Positions 41,108 to 50,184 of a stretch of DNA of 64,000 nt are shown here, piece after piece; positions within the stretch are counted from its first letter, which is position 1; each line of letters starts with the position of its first letter. The translations under genes and the position numbers were made by a program. The stretch is from Candidatus Latescibacterota bacterium. GTDB taxonomy: Bacteria; Latescibacterota; UBA2968; GCA-2709665. The stretch is taken from NCBI GenBank assembly GCA_965248435.1, contig OZ252100.1, positions 736,001 to 800,000 of the forward strand, given 5' to 3'. A model generated the notes under the pieces. That model was given only the letters and a program-made list of their open reading frames with translations. It was not told the origin of the DNA and did no database searches.

Positions 41108-42388
41108 ATGAGCAGGTACGTGAAGCCCTTATGGGCGGCGTGCGCGGCCGGGCTGCTTCTGGTTGGCTGCGGCAACGAGCAGGTACTTTCTCCCCAGTCA
41201 GGACCGGCACCTCTGGCGAAGCTGGCTCTCGCAAGCCACGCGGGCGAGGTCGAAGTCGAGGTAACCGTAATGCGTGACGGACTGCCTACAGAGGATATCG
41301 AAGTGGCTTTCTCCCGATCGGTTTCAGGGCGATCGCCTGAGTACGACTGGGAAGGGACGACCGATTCGGACGGCACCGTCTCAATCGAAATCGAATCCAC
41401 ATCATCGCGCGGCACATCGGGATATTACGTTGCGCGCGCGACCGATGCGATCACCGGCGATGTCCTGGGGCGATGGGGAAGCATTCCGCTCACCGGTGGA
41501 AACGAAGTGGCGCTCACGTTGGCGATCGACGGTGCCGCCACCGTCACGTCGAGCCAAAGCATCACGCCGACCACGCTCACACTGCGGTTCAGCGGGATCC
41601 AGCCGCTGTCGAACGGATTTCACTTTGAGGGATGGGCGATCATCGGGGGATCCCCGTTCACGACGGGCAAGTTCAACGTGGATGACGCCGGCAGGTTGAT
41701 CGACCTGAGCGGCAATATCATCCAGAGCGGCAGATTCCGGACGGGCATCGATTTGAGCGGAACAACGGCCATCGTCCTTACGATCGAGCCAGACGGCGAC
41801 ACGGACACCGTCCCCGCCGACACCCACTACCTGGCCGGAGATGTCGCCGACCGTTCATCGGCTTTGACTGTGGGTCACCCCTCAGCACTGGGGGACGACT
41901 TCTCCAGCGCATCCGGAAACTATATTCTTGCCACGCCGACGGACGATCCGGATGGCAACGAAAACAGCGGTCTCTGGTTCCTGGATCTGTCTTCGGGCAG
42001 TCCGGCACAGGGCCTGGAGCTCCCAGTCCTGCCCGCCGGTTGGAAATACGAAGGCTGGGCGGTCACGGGCGGCCAGCCGGTGACCACGGGGACCTTTACG
42101 GACCCGGCGGCAGCCGACGAGAGCGCGCCGTTTAGCGGCGTCAATGACGGACCCCCATTCCCCGGGGAAGACTTCCTGAACAATGCTCCGAGCGGTCTGT
42201 CCTTCCCGACAGACCTTGCGGGGGGTGCTGCGGTCATCTCGATCGAGCCTTCACCGGATGACGGCACGAGTCCATTTACGCTTAAGCCGTTAGTGGGTGA
42301 CATCCCCGCCGATGCCACGGATCACGTAACTTATTCCGTAACCAACATGGCTTCGGGTTTCCCTACCGGCTCTGCAACAATCAGGTAG
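41108..42388 (+). CDS. Lipoprotein with duplicated EGW..P.TTG.F (RskA C-terminal-like) modules
   Basis: Lipobox LVG-C; internal repeats HFEGWAIIGGSPFTTGKF and KYEGWAVTGGQPVTTGTF, each followed by (L/I)(T/S)IEP. Confidence 0.7.
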   Translation: MSRYVKPLWAACAAGLLLVGCGNEQVLSPQSGPAPLAKLALASHAGEVEVEVTVMRDGLPTEDIEVAFSRSVSGRSPEYDWEGTTDSDGTVSIEIESTSSRGTSGYYVARATDAITGDVLGRWGSIPLTGGNEVALTLAIDGAATVTSSQSITPTTLTLRFSGIQPLSNGFHFEGWAIIGGSPFTTGKFNVDDAGRLIDLSGNIIQSGRFRTGIDLSGTTAIVLTIEPDGDTDTVPADTHYLAGDVADRSSALTVGHPSALGDDFSSASGNYILATPTDDPDGNENSGLWFLDLSSGSPAQGLELPVLPAGWKYEGWAVTGGQPVTTGTFTDPAAADESAPFSGVNDGPPFPGEDFLNNAPSGLSFPTDLAGGAAVISIEPSPDDGTSPFTLKPLVGDIPADATDHVTYSVTNMASGFPTGSATIR

Positions 42389-42396
42389 TGTGTACA

Positions 42397-42433
42397 AAGA
42401 AAGAAGGGCGACCGACGGTCGCCCTTCTTTCTT
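42397..42433. terminator. Bidirectional intrinsic terminator
   Basis: Perfect inverted repeat AAGAAAGAAGGGCGACCG-A-CGGTCGCCCTTCTTTCTT between convergent genes. Confidence 0.8.
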
Positions 42434-42439
42434 GCTATT

Positions 42440-42866
42440 CAATTGCGGATTTCGGAATGCGGATTGCGGATTGACTCTTCAATTCCTGTTTCTTTTCGCC
42501 GTTTTAATCGAAGACACCGTGATAGCAACGATCTGGCCGGCTTCATCCAATAGATCAACTATACGATTCCTGTCCATCAAATCGGATTCAATGAGGAGTT
42601 CCATCCAATACATGCTTTCATCTGCCTCTTCTTCTACGATACCCATCTTGGCAACGAATTCGGCCTGCGATCTCGCCCGACATGCAGCCCTGTAGTTGGC
42701 TCCCACAGACGTCCCACACCTCAGCAACTGCCTTCCCAAGACGTCGCTTGTGTTGCCTTTTGGCAACTCTTCGACGAGCTTTATAACCCGAAGTGCAAAG
42801 GCCCTAGTCCTTCCCTCCATTTCATCACGATTCACTCCGCAATCCCCAATCCACAATCCGCAATTG
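42440..42866. mobile_element. Putative heptamer-arm cassette carrying a four-helix-bundle gene
   Basis: Arms (ATTGCGG)x4 at 42442-42469 and (TCCGCAA)x4 at 42836-42863, with a perfect 11-bp terminal IR CAATTGCGGAT / ATCCGCAATTG. Mobility is inferred. Confidence 0.55.
42479..42835 (-). CDS. Four-helix-bundle protein (TIGR02436/23S rRNA IVP family)
   Basis: RTRAFALRVIKL, QLLRCGTSVGANYRAACRARSQAEFVAKMGIVEEEADESMYWMELL. Confidence 0.92.
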   Translation of the reverse strand: MNRDEMEGRTRAFALRVIKLVEELPKGNTSDVLGRQLLRCGTSVGANYRAACRARSQAEFVAKMGIVEEEADESMYWMELLIESDLMDRNRIVDLLDEAGQIVAITVSSIKTAKRNRN

Positions 42867-42868
42867 GA

Positions 42869-43600
42869 TCACCTCCGTTTCTCCACATCCCCGATTTCAC
42901 GAATTCGTTCGCCATACTCACGACTCTCGAAGGGCGTCGTGATCCACGCCGCGACAATCTCCTGCGCCAGTGTATCCCCGACCGTTCCCACACCAAGACA
43001 GAGTAGATTCGCGTCCACGTGTGACCGCGCGTATTTGGCGGCCGTCACGTCGCTGCACGCAGCGGCACGCACGCCTGAGACCTTGTTCGCCACGATCGCG
43101 GAGGGTGTTCCACCTCCGTCGATCACGATGCCGGTCACCACTTCTCCCTTCGCAACGGCCATAGCCACAGCCTCGGCGACCTTTACGTATCCCGCATCCG
43201 TCGTTGACGCCGGCGCATAATCGACCACCTGACGACTCAGCCTGCGCAGGGTCCCGGTGATCGTTTCCTTCAGCGCGAGTCCCCTTCGATCCGCGCCGAG
43301 TCCGATCGCCCCCTGCGTGCGCCCCGCCGAAGTTGGGGCCTGACCCTCGTCCCCCCGGACCTCGACAAGCTTGATCCCTTTATCCCTGAGTGTCTCGAGG
43401 GCCAAAGGGGTAATGATCCCCCCTTTTACGACCCGAACCTCCACCGCCCCCTGCCTGGCCGCCTCAAGGACAAACTCCTGAGTCAGGAGCCGAACGGGCA
43501 GACCGCCTCCCGGACCCTCTGGCCTGTCCCCGTCCGATATGCGGGACCCCAGCCGTCGAATCACCTCGGCCACGACCCGCTCGATCTGCGCCTGATTCAT
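42869..43600 (-). CDS. RpiB/LacAB family sugar-phosphate isomerase-like protein with N-terminal extension
   Basis: IGLGADRRG, SAIVANKVSGVRAA, ARSHVDANLLCLG, WITTPFE. The catalytic CGTG is replaced by DGGG. Confidence 0.8.
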   Translation of the reverse strand: MNQAQIERVVAEVIRRLGSRISDGDRPEGPGGGLPVRLLTQEFVLEAARQGAVEVRVVKGGIITPLALETLRDKGIKLVEVRGDEGQAPTSAGRTQGAIGLGADRRGLALKETITGTLRRLSRQVVDYAPASTTDAGYVKVAEAVAMAVAKGEVVTGIVIDGGGTPSAIVANKVSGVRAAACSDVTAAKYARSHVDANLLCLGVGTVGDTLAQEIVAAWITTPFESREYGERIREIGDVEKRR

Positions 43601-43649
43601 GTCCTGTGCTGCCCGCCTCACTCCCTGAATATTGATCCTCCGCGTCCGC

Positions 43650-44459
43650 TTACGTCCCCACCTTCCGCCCCCAGGTCCCGGTCACTTCCGGCTCCGGGTT
43701 ACCGAGCTCCGATTCATCCGATTCGACAACGCGGTTGAGCCTGTCCGGATGGTTCGTAATGATCCCTCCCACACCCATCTCGATCATGTCACTCATATCC
43801 TGCTCCAGGTCCACCGTCCAGACCCAGAATCCCATCGCCCGGCTCAGGAACATCTGAACCAGGTCGGGGCGGGCAGCCCTGTAGTTCAGCGCCAGTGCGT
43901 TCGCGCCGATCTTCAAGACCCGCTTGACCACGCCCGTCTTGCGGCGGAGAGCGGCCTCGCTGCCGGTCATCACAAAAGCTGTAGGGATGCGCCGATCCAG
44001 CCGATTCACCGTCCGGATCGCCGGCCCATAAAAGGATTGAATGATCGCCCGGGACTGTGCCCGCATAGATCGGATCACAGTCACCGCCCGCTCCGCGGCC
44101 TCCTCCGTCTTCGCCTCGATCAGGAGCGGGGCCTGCTTGTGAACGAGGTCGAGCGCTTCTTCCAGGGTCGGGATCCGCTCGTTTCGGAAGGAGGGGTCGA
44201 ACCAACTCCCGGCATTCAGCTTCTTGACCTGGGCCAGTGTCATCGTATCCACGGGACCGCTTCCGTTTGTCGTCCGGTCCACCGTCCGATCGTGGATGGT
44301 GACCGGGACCCCGTCCGCCGTCAGGTGGATATCCACCTCCACCAGATCCACGCCGATCTCCAGGGCCTTCTCGATCGCGGCCAGCGTATTCTCGGGAGCG
44401 AGCGCCGACGCGCCCCGATGCGCGATACGCATCACGGGGGGGCGAAGGATTTTGGTCAC
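43650..44459 (-). CDS. Glycerophosphodiester phosphodiesterase
   Basis: IAHRGASALAPENT, EVDIHLTADG..HD, IEAK, WVWTVD, GIITNHPD. Confidence 0.92.
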   Translation of the reverse strand: MTKILRPPVMRIAHRGASALAPENTLAAIEKALEIGVDLVEVDIHLTADGVPVTIHDRTVDRTTNGSGPVDTMTLAQVKKLNAGSWFDPSFRNERIPTLEEALDLVHKQAPLLIEAKTEEAAERAVTVIRSMRAQSRAIIQSFYGPAIRTVNRLDRRIPTAFVMTGSEAALRRKTGVVKRVLKIGANALALNYRAARPDLVQMFLSRAMGFWVWTVDLEQDMSDMIEMGVGGIITNHPDRLNRVVESDESELGNPEPEVTGTWGRKVGT

Positions 44460-44638
44460 CGGCGAGCGCCGCCGTCCAAACGGGAGGGTTTTCGCCTTCC
44501 TGGGTTTTCTGACCCGCATCTCTGCTCTCAAAAAAGGGGGAATAAAGGGGAGGCACTTCGATTCGCTTGATGCAAAATAGACCGCCGGCGTTCTGTTGTC
44601 AAGCAATCTCAATTCGTCGTTCGTGGATCGGGAAAACC

Positions 44639-44667
44639 GTATCTCGTATCTAGTATCTCGTATTTCG
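44639..44667. repeat. Left heptamer arm (GTATCTC)n; partner arm at 46026-46060
   Basis: GTATCTC GTATCTA GTATCTC GTATTTC. Confidence 0.8.
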
Positions 44668-44703
44668 GGGGCTGATGTTACCGCGAAAAAGTGGACAGGT
44701 TAG

Positions 44704-45600
44704 TTAAGCAGCAAGGAGCTGCTCGTAGTTATGTGGACTTTTGTAGCCCAGGGTAGAGTGCCTCCGCCTGTGGTTGTAGAAACGGATGTAGTTTGAGATC
44801 CTTCTTCGCGCCTGGTTGACGGTGGCATAGGTATCGCGATGGACGCGTTCGATTTTCAGCGTTGAGAAGAAGGACTCTGCCACCGCATTGTCAAAGCAGT
44901 CGCCTTTGCGACCCATACTAGACCGAATGCCGTTTTCAGCGACGGTATTTTGGAAAGCTTCACTGGTATACTGAGATCCACGATCAGAGTGAAAGATCAA
45001 TTCCCTTGGGGGCTTTCGAGTTGCACGTGCCTTTTTGAAGGCTTCGACCGCTAGCTCCGCAGTCAAGGAGGCCCGGAGCGACCATCCGACGATCTTCCGG
45101 GAGAACAGGTCCATCACGACGCACAGATAGGCGTGGCCTCCCACGATGGGGATGTAGCTGATGTCCGAGACCCACTTCTGGTTGACTTCATCGGCGTTGA
45201 ACGCTCGACCCAGCAGGTCCGGAGACACGATGGCGTTTGAGGCTGCCTTTGTCGTGCACCGGAATTTGCGTGGGGTCCCAATGGCCTTCAAGCCCATCTT
45301 CTGCTTGATCCGGGCGATCCGGCTGGCACTGCAGACGATCCCGGCCTCGTTGAGCTCCTCCGTGATGCGAGGCGTGCCGTAAGTCTGGTCGGTCTCCCGG
45401 TGGATGGCTTTGATGTGGAGCGCCAGCACTTGGTTTTCTTGCTCCCGTTGGCTGACCGGACGGCTTTTCCAGGCGTAGTAACCGCTTTTGGAGATCCCAA
45501 GGGTCTTGCACATATGGGTTACTGAAAATCGGTCGCGGTTCTCCTCCACCAGGTGGAAGTTCATCTTTGGCGTCTGCTGAAAACGGCTAAGGCTTTTTTT
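44704..45600 (-). CDS. IS3 transposase OrfB (DDE), expressed via -1 frameshift
   Basis: WVSDISYI, DLFSRKIVGW, FHSDRGSQY, DNAVAESFFSTLK, YNHRRRHSTLGY. Confidence 0.93.
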   Translation of the reverse strand, partial: KKSLSRFQQTPKMNFHLVEENRDRFSVTHMCKTLGISKSGYYAWKSRPVSQREQENQVLALHIKAIHRETDQTYGTPRITEELNEAGIVCSASRIARIKQKMGLKAIGTPRKFRCTTKAASNAIVSPDLLGRAFNADEVNQKWVSDISYIPIVGGHAYLCVVMDLFSRKIVGWSLRASLTAELAVEAFKKARATRKPPRELIFHSDRGSQYTSEAFQNTVAENGIRSSMGRKGDCFDNAVAESFFSTLKIERVHRDTYATVNQARRRISNYIRFYNHRRRHSTLGYKSPHNYEQLLAA

Positions 45601-45860
45601 AAAATGTCCCTCTCTTCGCACAGATACTCGACCTGTCGCTTCAACTCGAAGATCTCCAGGTCCTTCGACTTGCGACGGCCTTTCCCGGGGAAGGCTTCCT
45701 GCTCATCCTCAACGAAGTCCCTCACCCAGCGACGCAACAACCCAACAGGCATGTCCAATTCTGTCGCGACATCTTTCGGAGTGCGGTCTTCAACCAGAAT
45801 CTGCTGCACCGCTTCGACTTTGAACTCTCGGGAATACTTCCGACGCTTCCTGACACCCAT
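45561..45860 (-). CDS. IS3 transposase OrfA
   Basis: RRKYSREFKVEAV HTH and ERDILKKA. Confidence 0.92.
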   Translation of the reverse strand: MGVRKRRKYSREFKVEAVQQILVEDRTPKDVATELDMPVGLLRRWVRDFVEDEQEAFPGKGRRKSKDLEIFELKRQVEYLCEERDILKKALAVFSRRQR

Positions 45861-46025
45861 AGAAAGCCTCCTTGGATATGGGGAGACATTCTACCTATAC
45901 AAAAACCTTAACCGAGTGTCCACAAAATAGGTAACCCCAGGCTCGTCATCTTGCCAGTTCCTTAGTTTCACGGAATTCCCGTGCCATTCCCGTGATCGCC
46001 TTTCTGAACTACTCGCATATCCGAC

Positions 46026-46060
46026 GAGATACGCTTCACGAGATACGAGATACGAGATAC
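46026..46060. repeat. Right heptamer arm (GAGATAC)n
   Basis: GAGATAC GCTTCAC GAGATAC GAGATAC GAGATAC, nearly identical to the arm at 38603-38629. Confidence 0.85.
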
Positions 46061-46071
46061 GATCTTCACCC

Positions 46072-46100
46072 TTGACACTAATCGGCCCTTGTCGTAAGTT
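46072..46100 (+). promoter_or_regulatory. Promoter of tRNA-Asn
   Basis: TTGACA-17 nt-TAAGTT, about 20 nt upstream of the tRNA. Confidence 0.6.
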
Positions 46101-46121
46101 TTTTTGCGAGTTAAACCTTGA

Positions 46122-46197
46122 TCCGGCGTAGCTCAGTCGGCAGAGCAGGTGGCTGTTAACCACCGTGTCGTAGGTTCGAGTCCTACCGCCGGAGCCA
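46122..46197 (+). tRNA. tRNA-Asn(GTT)
   Basis: 76-nt cloverleaf, GGTGG-CTGTTAA-CCACC, CCA end. Confidence 0.96.
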
Positions 46198-46390
46198 GAT
46201 AGAACGTCTGACTGAACCAAGCCTGGGGTGGTTAACCGGTCAGTCGGATCGTTAAAGAGTTCCAGGCACAACTCCTGAGGTTTCCAGACGACTTGATTCA
46301 CGTGGAGCCTCAGGAGTTCTTTTTGTTCTTCGCGGGTGGCTTCTTTGTAGATGTCCTCGAAGCTCGTCAGCACTCCCTTCAGCCTCCCGG
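46198..46390 (-). pseudogene. C-terminal remnant of a probable large serine recombinase reading into tRNA-Asn
   Basis: FEDIYKEATREEQKELLRLHVNQVVW...GSGGRTRT resembles the tail of tRNA-targeting recombinases. No N-terminal part is present. Confidence 0.55.
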
Positions 46391-46638
46391 GAAGTATTAC
46401 GCAGGCGTGCAGGAAACTGCGCCTTGCACAGTCAACGATCAGCAGTGATAGAGCTGCCATCAGTGATCAAGGGAGAAGCTGAAAGGAGATTATCTCTGGT
46501 CAAACAATACGAGCAGTATGCCAGAGAGACGGCGCTGTACGCTCGGGAAAGGGTGGACAGGCAGACTCTTCGCAGATGCCGCACAAGGCTGGCATCAAGC
46601 TCATGGAAGGGTTGCGCTTGCACCCTCTACGCCCGCCG

Positions 46639-47448
46639 ATGAAGCAAGCGCCAGACACTGCCGACGCCGGTAGCGAGGTACGTGGCCACCCCGGGCGGAC
46701 CCTGTGGAGGATTGCCGCTCGCCGGCTCAGGGAGGCGGGGCGGGATCTACTGCCAGTGTTCCTCCTCATCGCCGCCTTCCAACTCGCCGTGCTCCGCCAA
46801 CCGCTCCCCGATTTGCTGGCCGTTCTGATGGGCTTGTGCGCCGTGGTCGCCGGCCTAGCCCTGTTTATCGAAGGCCTCGAGCTGGCACTGTTTCCCCTCG
46901 GCGAGTCGATGGCCAACGAATTCGCTCGCAAAGGCAGCGTTTTTTGGCTCCTGGCGTTCGGATTCGTACTCGGCTTCGCCACCACTGCGGCAGAACCGGC
47001 GCTGATCGCCGTCACTCAGGAGGCGGCCGAGGTCGCTGCAGAGGCCGGTCTGATCGAAGCGGGCGAATCCTCCATGGATCGCTACGCCCTCGGGATGCGG
47101 TTCACGGTTGCTGTCTCCGTCGGCGTCGCGGTGTGCTTGGGCGTACTGCGCATCCTCCTCGGCTGGTCCATCCACCTGATGATCATGATCGGCTACATCC
47201 TCGTCGTCTTGCTGACCATGGTGGCACCGCAGGAAATCGTTGGTATCGCTTACGACTCGGGCGGTGTGACCACGTCGACGGTGACCGTTCCCTTGGTGAC
47301 GGCGCTTGGCGTCGGGCTAGCCTCGGCCATCCGCGGCCGCACCCCGTTGATCGACGGGTTCGGCCTCATCGCCTTCGCTTCGCTTTTGCCCATTCTCTTC
47401 GTGCTCGGTTACGGGATGGTCGTATTCGGACTGTCAGTAGGAGGGTGA
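46639..47448 (+). CDS. DUF1538 family membrane protein
   Basis: [48 protein letters not shown]. Confidence 0.9.
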   Translation: MKQAPDTADAGSEVRGHPGRTLWRIAARRLREAGRDLLPVFLLIAAFQLAVLRQPLPDLLAVLMGLCAVVAGLALFIEGLELALFPLGESMANEFARKGSVFWLLAFGFVLGFATTAAEPALIAVTQEAAEVAAEAGLIEAGESSMDRYALGMRFTVAVSVGVAVCLGVLRILLGWSIHLMIMIGYILVVLLTMVAPQEIVGIAYDSGGVTTSTVTVPLVTALGVGLASAIRGRTPLIDGFGLIAFASLLPILFVLGYGMVVFGLSVGG

Positions 47449-47450
47449 CG

Positions 47451-48242
47451 ATGCAGTTGTTCACGGACGTGGGACATGCGCTGCTCACAACTGCTCGCGA
47501 CGTACTTCCGGTCGTCGCTGTCCTGGTGGTGTTCCAGCTCTTCGTGCTCCGGCGGCCGATTCCGCATCTACGACGCCTGTTCGCCGGTGGGTTATGTGTC
47601 CTCGTGGGCCTCGCCCTCTTCCTGATTGGATTGGAGGGTGCGCTCTTCCCTCTTGGGCGCGCGATGGCTCAACAATTGACCGCCCCGGCGTTCGTCTTCG
47701 GCACGGAGGTGGTTCCGGACGAGCCTTCGTGGAGCGCCTATCTCTGGATCTACTTGTTCGCCGCCCTCCTTGGCTTCGCCACCACGATCGCCGAACCGGC
47801 GCTTATCGCCGTGGCGATGAAGGCCGAGACGGTTTCTGCCGGCGGCGTCCGACAGTGGCGGCTGCGGGTCGCCGTTGGAATCGGCGTCGGCGTGGGAGTA
47901 GCGCTCGGCGTCGTGCGCATTGTGTCCGGTCTGCCGCTGCACTGGCTCATGGCCGCCGGTTACCTCATCATCATCGTGCAGACCGCCTTTGCGCCGAAAA
48001 ACCTCGTCCCGCTGGCTTACGATTCCGGCGGGGTCACCACGTCGACCGTAACCGTGCCGCTGGTAACCGCCCTGGGCCTGGGGCTGGCAACCACGATTCC
48101 CGGCAGGAACCCGGCAGTCGACGGGTTCGGGCTCATCGCCTTCGCCTCGCTGTTTCCGATCATGGCGGTCCTGGGCTACGGGCAACTGATTGCGCTGATG
48201 GCCCGGAGACGACGTTCCCGGTCCCGGAAGAGCGGTATGTGA
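47451..48242 (+). CDS. DUF1538 family membrane protein (second paralog)
   Basis: Same motifs ([26 protein letters not shown]); ATG follows an AGGAGG RBS. Confidence 0.9.
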   Translation: MQLFTDVGHALLTTARDVLPVVAVLVVFQLFVLRRPIPHLRRLFAGGLCVLVGLALFLIGLEGALFPLGRAMAQQLTAPAFVFGTEVVPDEPSWSAYLWIYLFAALLGFATTIAEPALIAVAMKAETVSAGGVRQWRLRVAVGIGVGVGVALGVVRIVSGLPLHWLMAAGYLIIIVQTAFAPKNLVPLAYDSGGVTTSTVTVPLVTALGLGLATTIPGRNPAVDGFGLIAFASLFPIMAVLGYGQLIALMARRRRSRSRKSGM

Positions 48243-48264
48243 ATCAGGAAGGAGGAGATCCACA

Positions 48265-48606
48265 ATGAAGTTCTACCTCATCGTCTCCACCGTGAAACCC
48301 GATCACACCGACAACGTCGTCGATGCGGCCAAGGCCGCCGGCGCGACCGGCGCGACAATCGTCCCCGCGCGCGGTGTCGGAGTGCACGAAGCCAAGACGT
48401 TCTTTGACTTGGCGCTCGAAGCCCAATCGGACTTGCTCTTGTTCCTGCTGACGGAAGTTTTCGTCGATCCCGTTTTGAAGGCCATAAACCGCGCCGGCGA
48501 GTTCGAGAAACCGGGCACCGGCATCGCCTTCGTGATTCCCGTTGATCGTGCCATCGGCCTCGAAAGCCAGATGGACCGGCTCCGTGAGGAAGAGCAAGGG
48601 AAGTAG
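48265..48606 (+). CDS. P-II family signal transduction protein
   Basis: AAKAAGATGATIVPARG and PGTGIAFVIPVD..G. Confidence 0.88.
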   Translation: MKFYLIVSTVKPDHTDNVVDAAKAAGATGATIVPARGVGVHEAKTFFDLALEAQSDLLLFLLTEVFVDPVLKAINRAGEFEKPGTGIAFVIPVDRAIGLESQMDRLREEEQGK

Positions 48607-48738
48607 CAGCGGTCCGGGCAGGCGGGTCGCCGCAACGCGTCTCTTTGGATCCTCGGGCGTGTGAGAAGAGGTTCCATAATGGTTTCCCTGATGTAAATTG
48701 GCCCAAAAGCACAAGGACTCACAACCTTGTTTATTTGT

Positions 48739-48784
48739 TGGTCGGTGCGGCGGGATTTGAACCCACGACCCCCTGCCCCCAAGG
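48739..48784 (-). other. 3' half of a tRNA-Pro-like gene (att-site remnant)
   Basis: CCTTGGGGGCAGGGGGTCGTGGGTTCAAATCCCGCCGCACCGACCA gives the T-arm, acceptor 3' strand and CCA; the 5' half is absent. Confidence 0.75.
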
Positions 48785-48861
48785 AAGTTCTCCCAAAGTG
48801 AAGCACCTGCACATCTTCGTTTGACCAGCCGTCGGGATTCCCCGAACTTGCCTAGATTAAA

Positions 48862-49075
48862 CTCCAGAACATCGCCCTTTGCTCCTCAGCAGGGAGTTTC
48901 ACCAGCTCCCTGAGTTTGCGCTCAGACATGTTTCTGAGCCTCGGATCCCCTGCATTCAGGCCTAACAGAAAATTCTGGATATCCTGATCCAATTTCAGGA
49001 GATCCAGAATCTGGGTGATACGTGCCCTTGATACACCTTCCTGACGAGCCAGTGCGGCTCGGCTCGTGACCTCTC
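48862..49075 (-). pseudogene. HTH gene fragment, direct-repeat copy 1 (copy 2 at 54047-54231)
   Basis: EVTSRAALARQEGVSRARITQILDLLKLDQDIQ; 5'-truncated. Confidence 0.7.
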
Positions 49076-49149
49076 AGAATTTACGATTATATGAAGTCCC
49101 CTTTGGATGGCCCTATCCCGTCGGATACCTCAAGTCCCCCCCGACCCGA

Positions 49150-50184
49150 TTAAAATCGCACGGTATCACCGGTCGTTGCAGAACGCATCGCCGCGTCGTA
49201 GATCGATATCGCCCGTCTGACCTCTTCGGGCTTCACCATCAGTTCTGCCCCCTTATTCAGGACATCGGAGATATTTTGATAGTACGACTTCCAGGAGCCT
49301 TTGACACTTTCTATGACGAGTTCCCGTCTCTCACCGTCCACTTCGGTACAGACCTTTGCATAGTTTTCAGGATCTTCCTCGGCGGCGTCGATATCGCCTC
49401 CCACCATCGGCTGCTCCTGCGGATCCAGCCCGTATTTCACCAGCCCTCCAAGGTCGCCTAAGACATACCAGCGGGGTTTGTCGGCCTTTGCCAAGTTGCC
49501 GACCTCGATTTGATAGCGCACCCCATCTTCGAACTTGATCAGGAGAGCGGCGTAGTTGCCGATGTCCGTGTCCCAATATCCGCCGTCGTAAATGTCACAG
49601 AATACGGCCTTTACCGGACTGTGGACAAGCTGTAGCGCCTGGTCTACAAGGTGTGCGGGCCAGTCGTAGAGGATGCCTCCACTCCGTTTATTCACACTCC
49701 GCCATCCCCGGGGCGCTTCGTATCTCATAACGGCAACCTGAAACAGGTAGGGGATGCCGAGCATTCCGCCTTCGATCATCTTCTTAACGGTAAGAAAGTC
49801 CCAGTCCCACCGGCGGTTGTGAAAGACACTTAAAAGGACGTCGTTTCGCCGGCTCACTTCGATCATGGCATCCGCCTCCTGGGCGTTCATACACATGATC
49901 TTATCCGTCACCACGTGCTTGCCCGCGTCCATCGCCTGAATCGCCAGTTCGGCGTGCGTGTCGTGGGGCGTCGCCAGCACGACGAGGTCTACGCCATTGT
50001 CGGCGATCACCCGATCAATCGTTTCGTAGAGCTTAACGCCGGGGTGATCCTGGGCAGCTGATTCGCGTCGTTTGGCGTTTCGGGAGGCGACCGCATAGAG
50101 GTTCAGCCCATCCGCCAGGCCGATGAGGTAGGCGTGGAAGTGCCTTCCAGAATAGCCATATCCGACCACGGCTGCATTGACCAT
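49150..50184 (-). CDS. Gfo/Idh/MocA oxidoreductase (IolW/YdgJ-like)
   Basis: VVGYGYSG, ATPHDTH, GKHVVTDK, FHNRRWDWDF, GGILYDWPAHLVDQ. Confidence 0.88.
   Translation of the reverse strand: MVNAAVVGYGYSGRHFHAYLIGLADGLNLYAVASRNAKRRESAAQDHPGVKLYETIDRVIADNGVDLVVLATPHDTHAELAIQAMDAGKHVVTDKIMCMNAQEADAMIEVSRRNDVLLSVFHNRRWDWDFLTVKKMIEGGMLGIPYLFQVAVMRYEAPRGWRSVNKRSGGILYDWPAHLVDQALQLVHSPVKAVFCDIYDGGYWDTDIGNYAALLIKFEDGVRYQIEVGNLAKADKPRWYVLGDLGGLVKYGLDPQEQPMVGGDIDAAEEDPENYAKVCTEVDGERRELVIESVKGSWKSYYQNISDVLNKGAELMVKPEEVRRAISIYDAAMRSATTGDTVRF

Larger units (their letters stand above)
44673..45939 (-). mobile_element. IS3-family insertion sequence, apparently complete
   Basis: TG...CA ends with imperfect IRs (TGATGTTACC..GTGGACA / TGTCCAC..GGTAACCCCA), a 3-bp GGC target duplication, and orfA/orfB with an A7G slippery site at 45593-45600. 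Confidence 0.93.

Noticed and set aside
42479-42835. Avd of a diversity-generating retroelement
   Set aside because: No reverse transcriptase and no TR/VR pair with adenine-specific differences is visible in the window.
48739-48830. Complete tRNA-Pro gene
   Set aside because: The D-arm and 5' acceptor strand are absent; only the 3' half is present.
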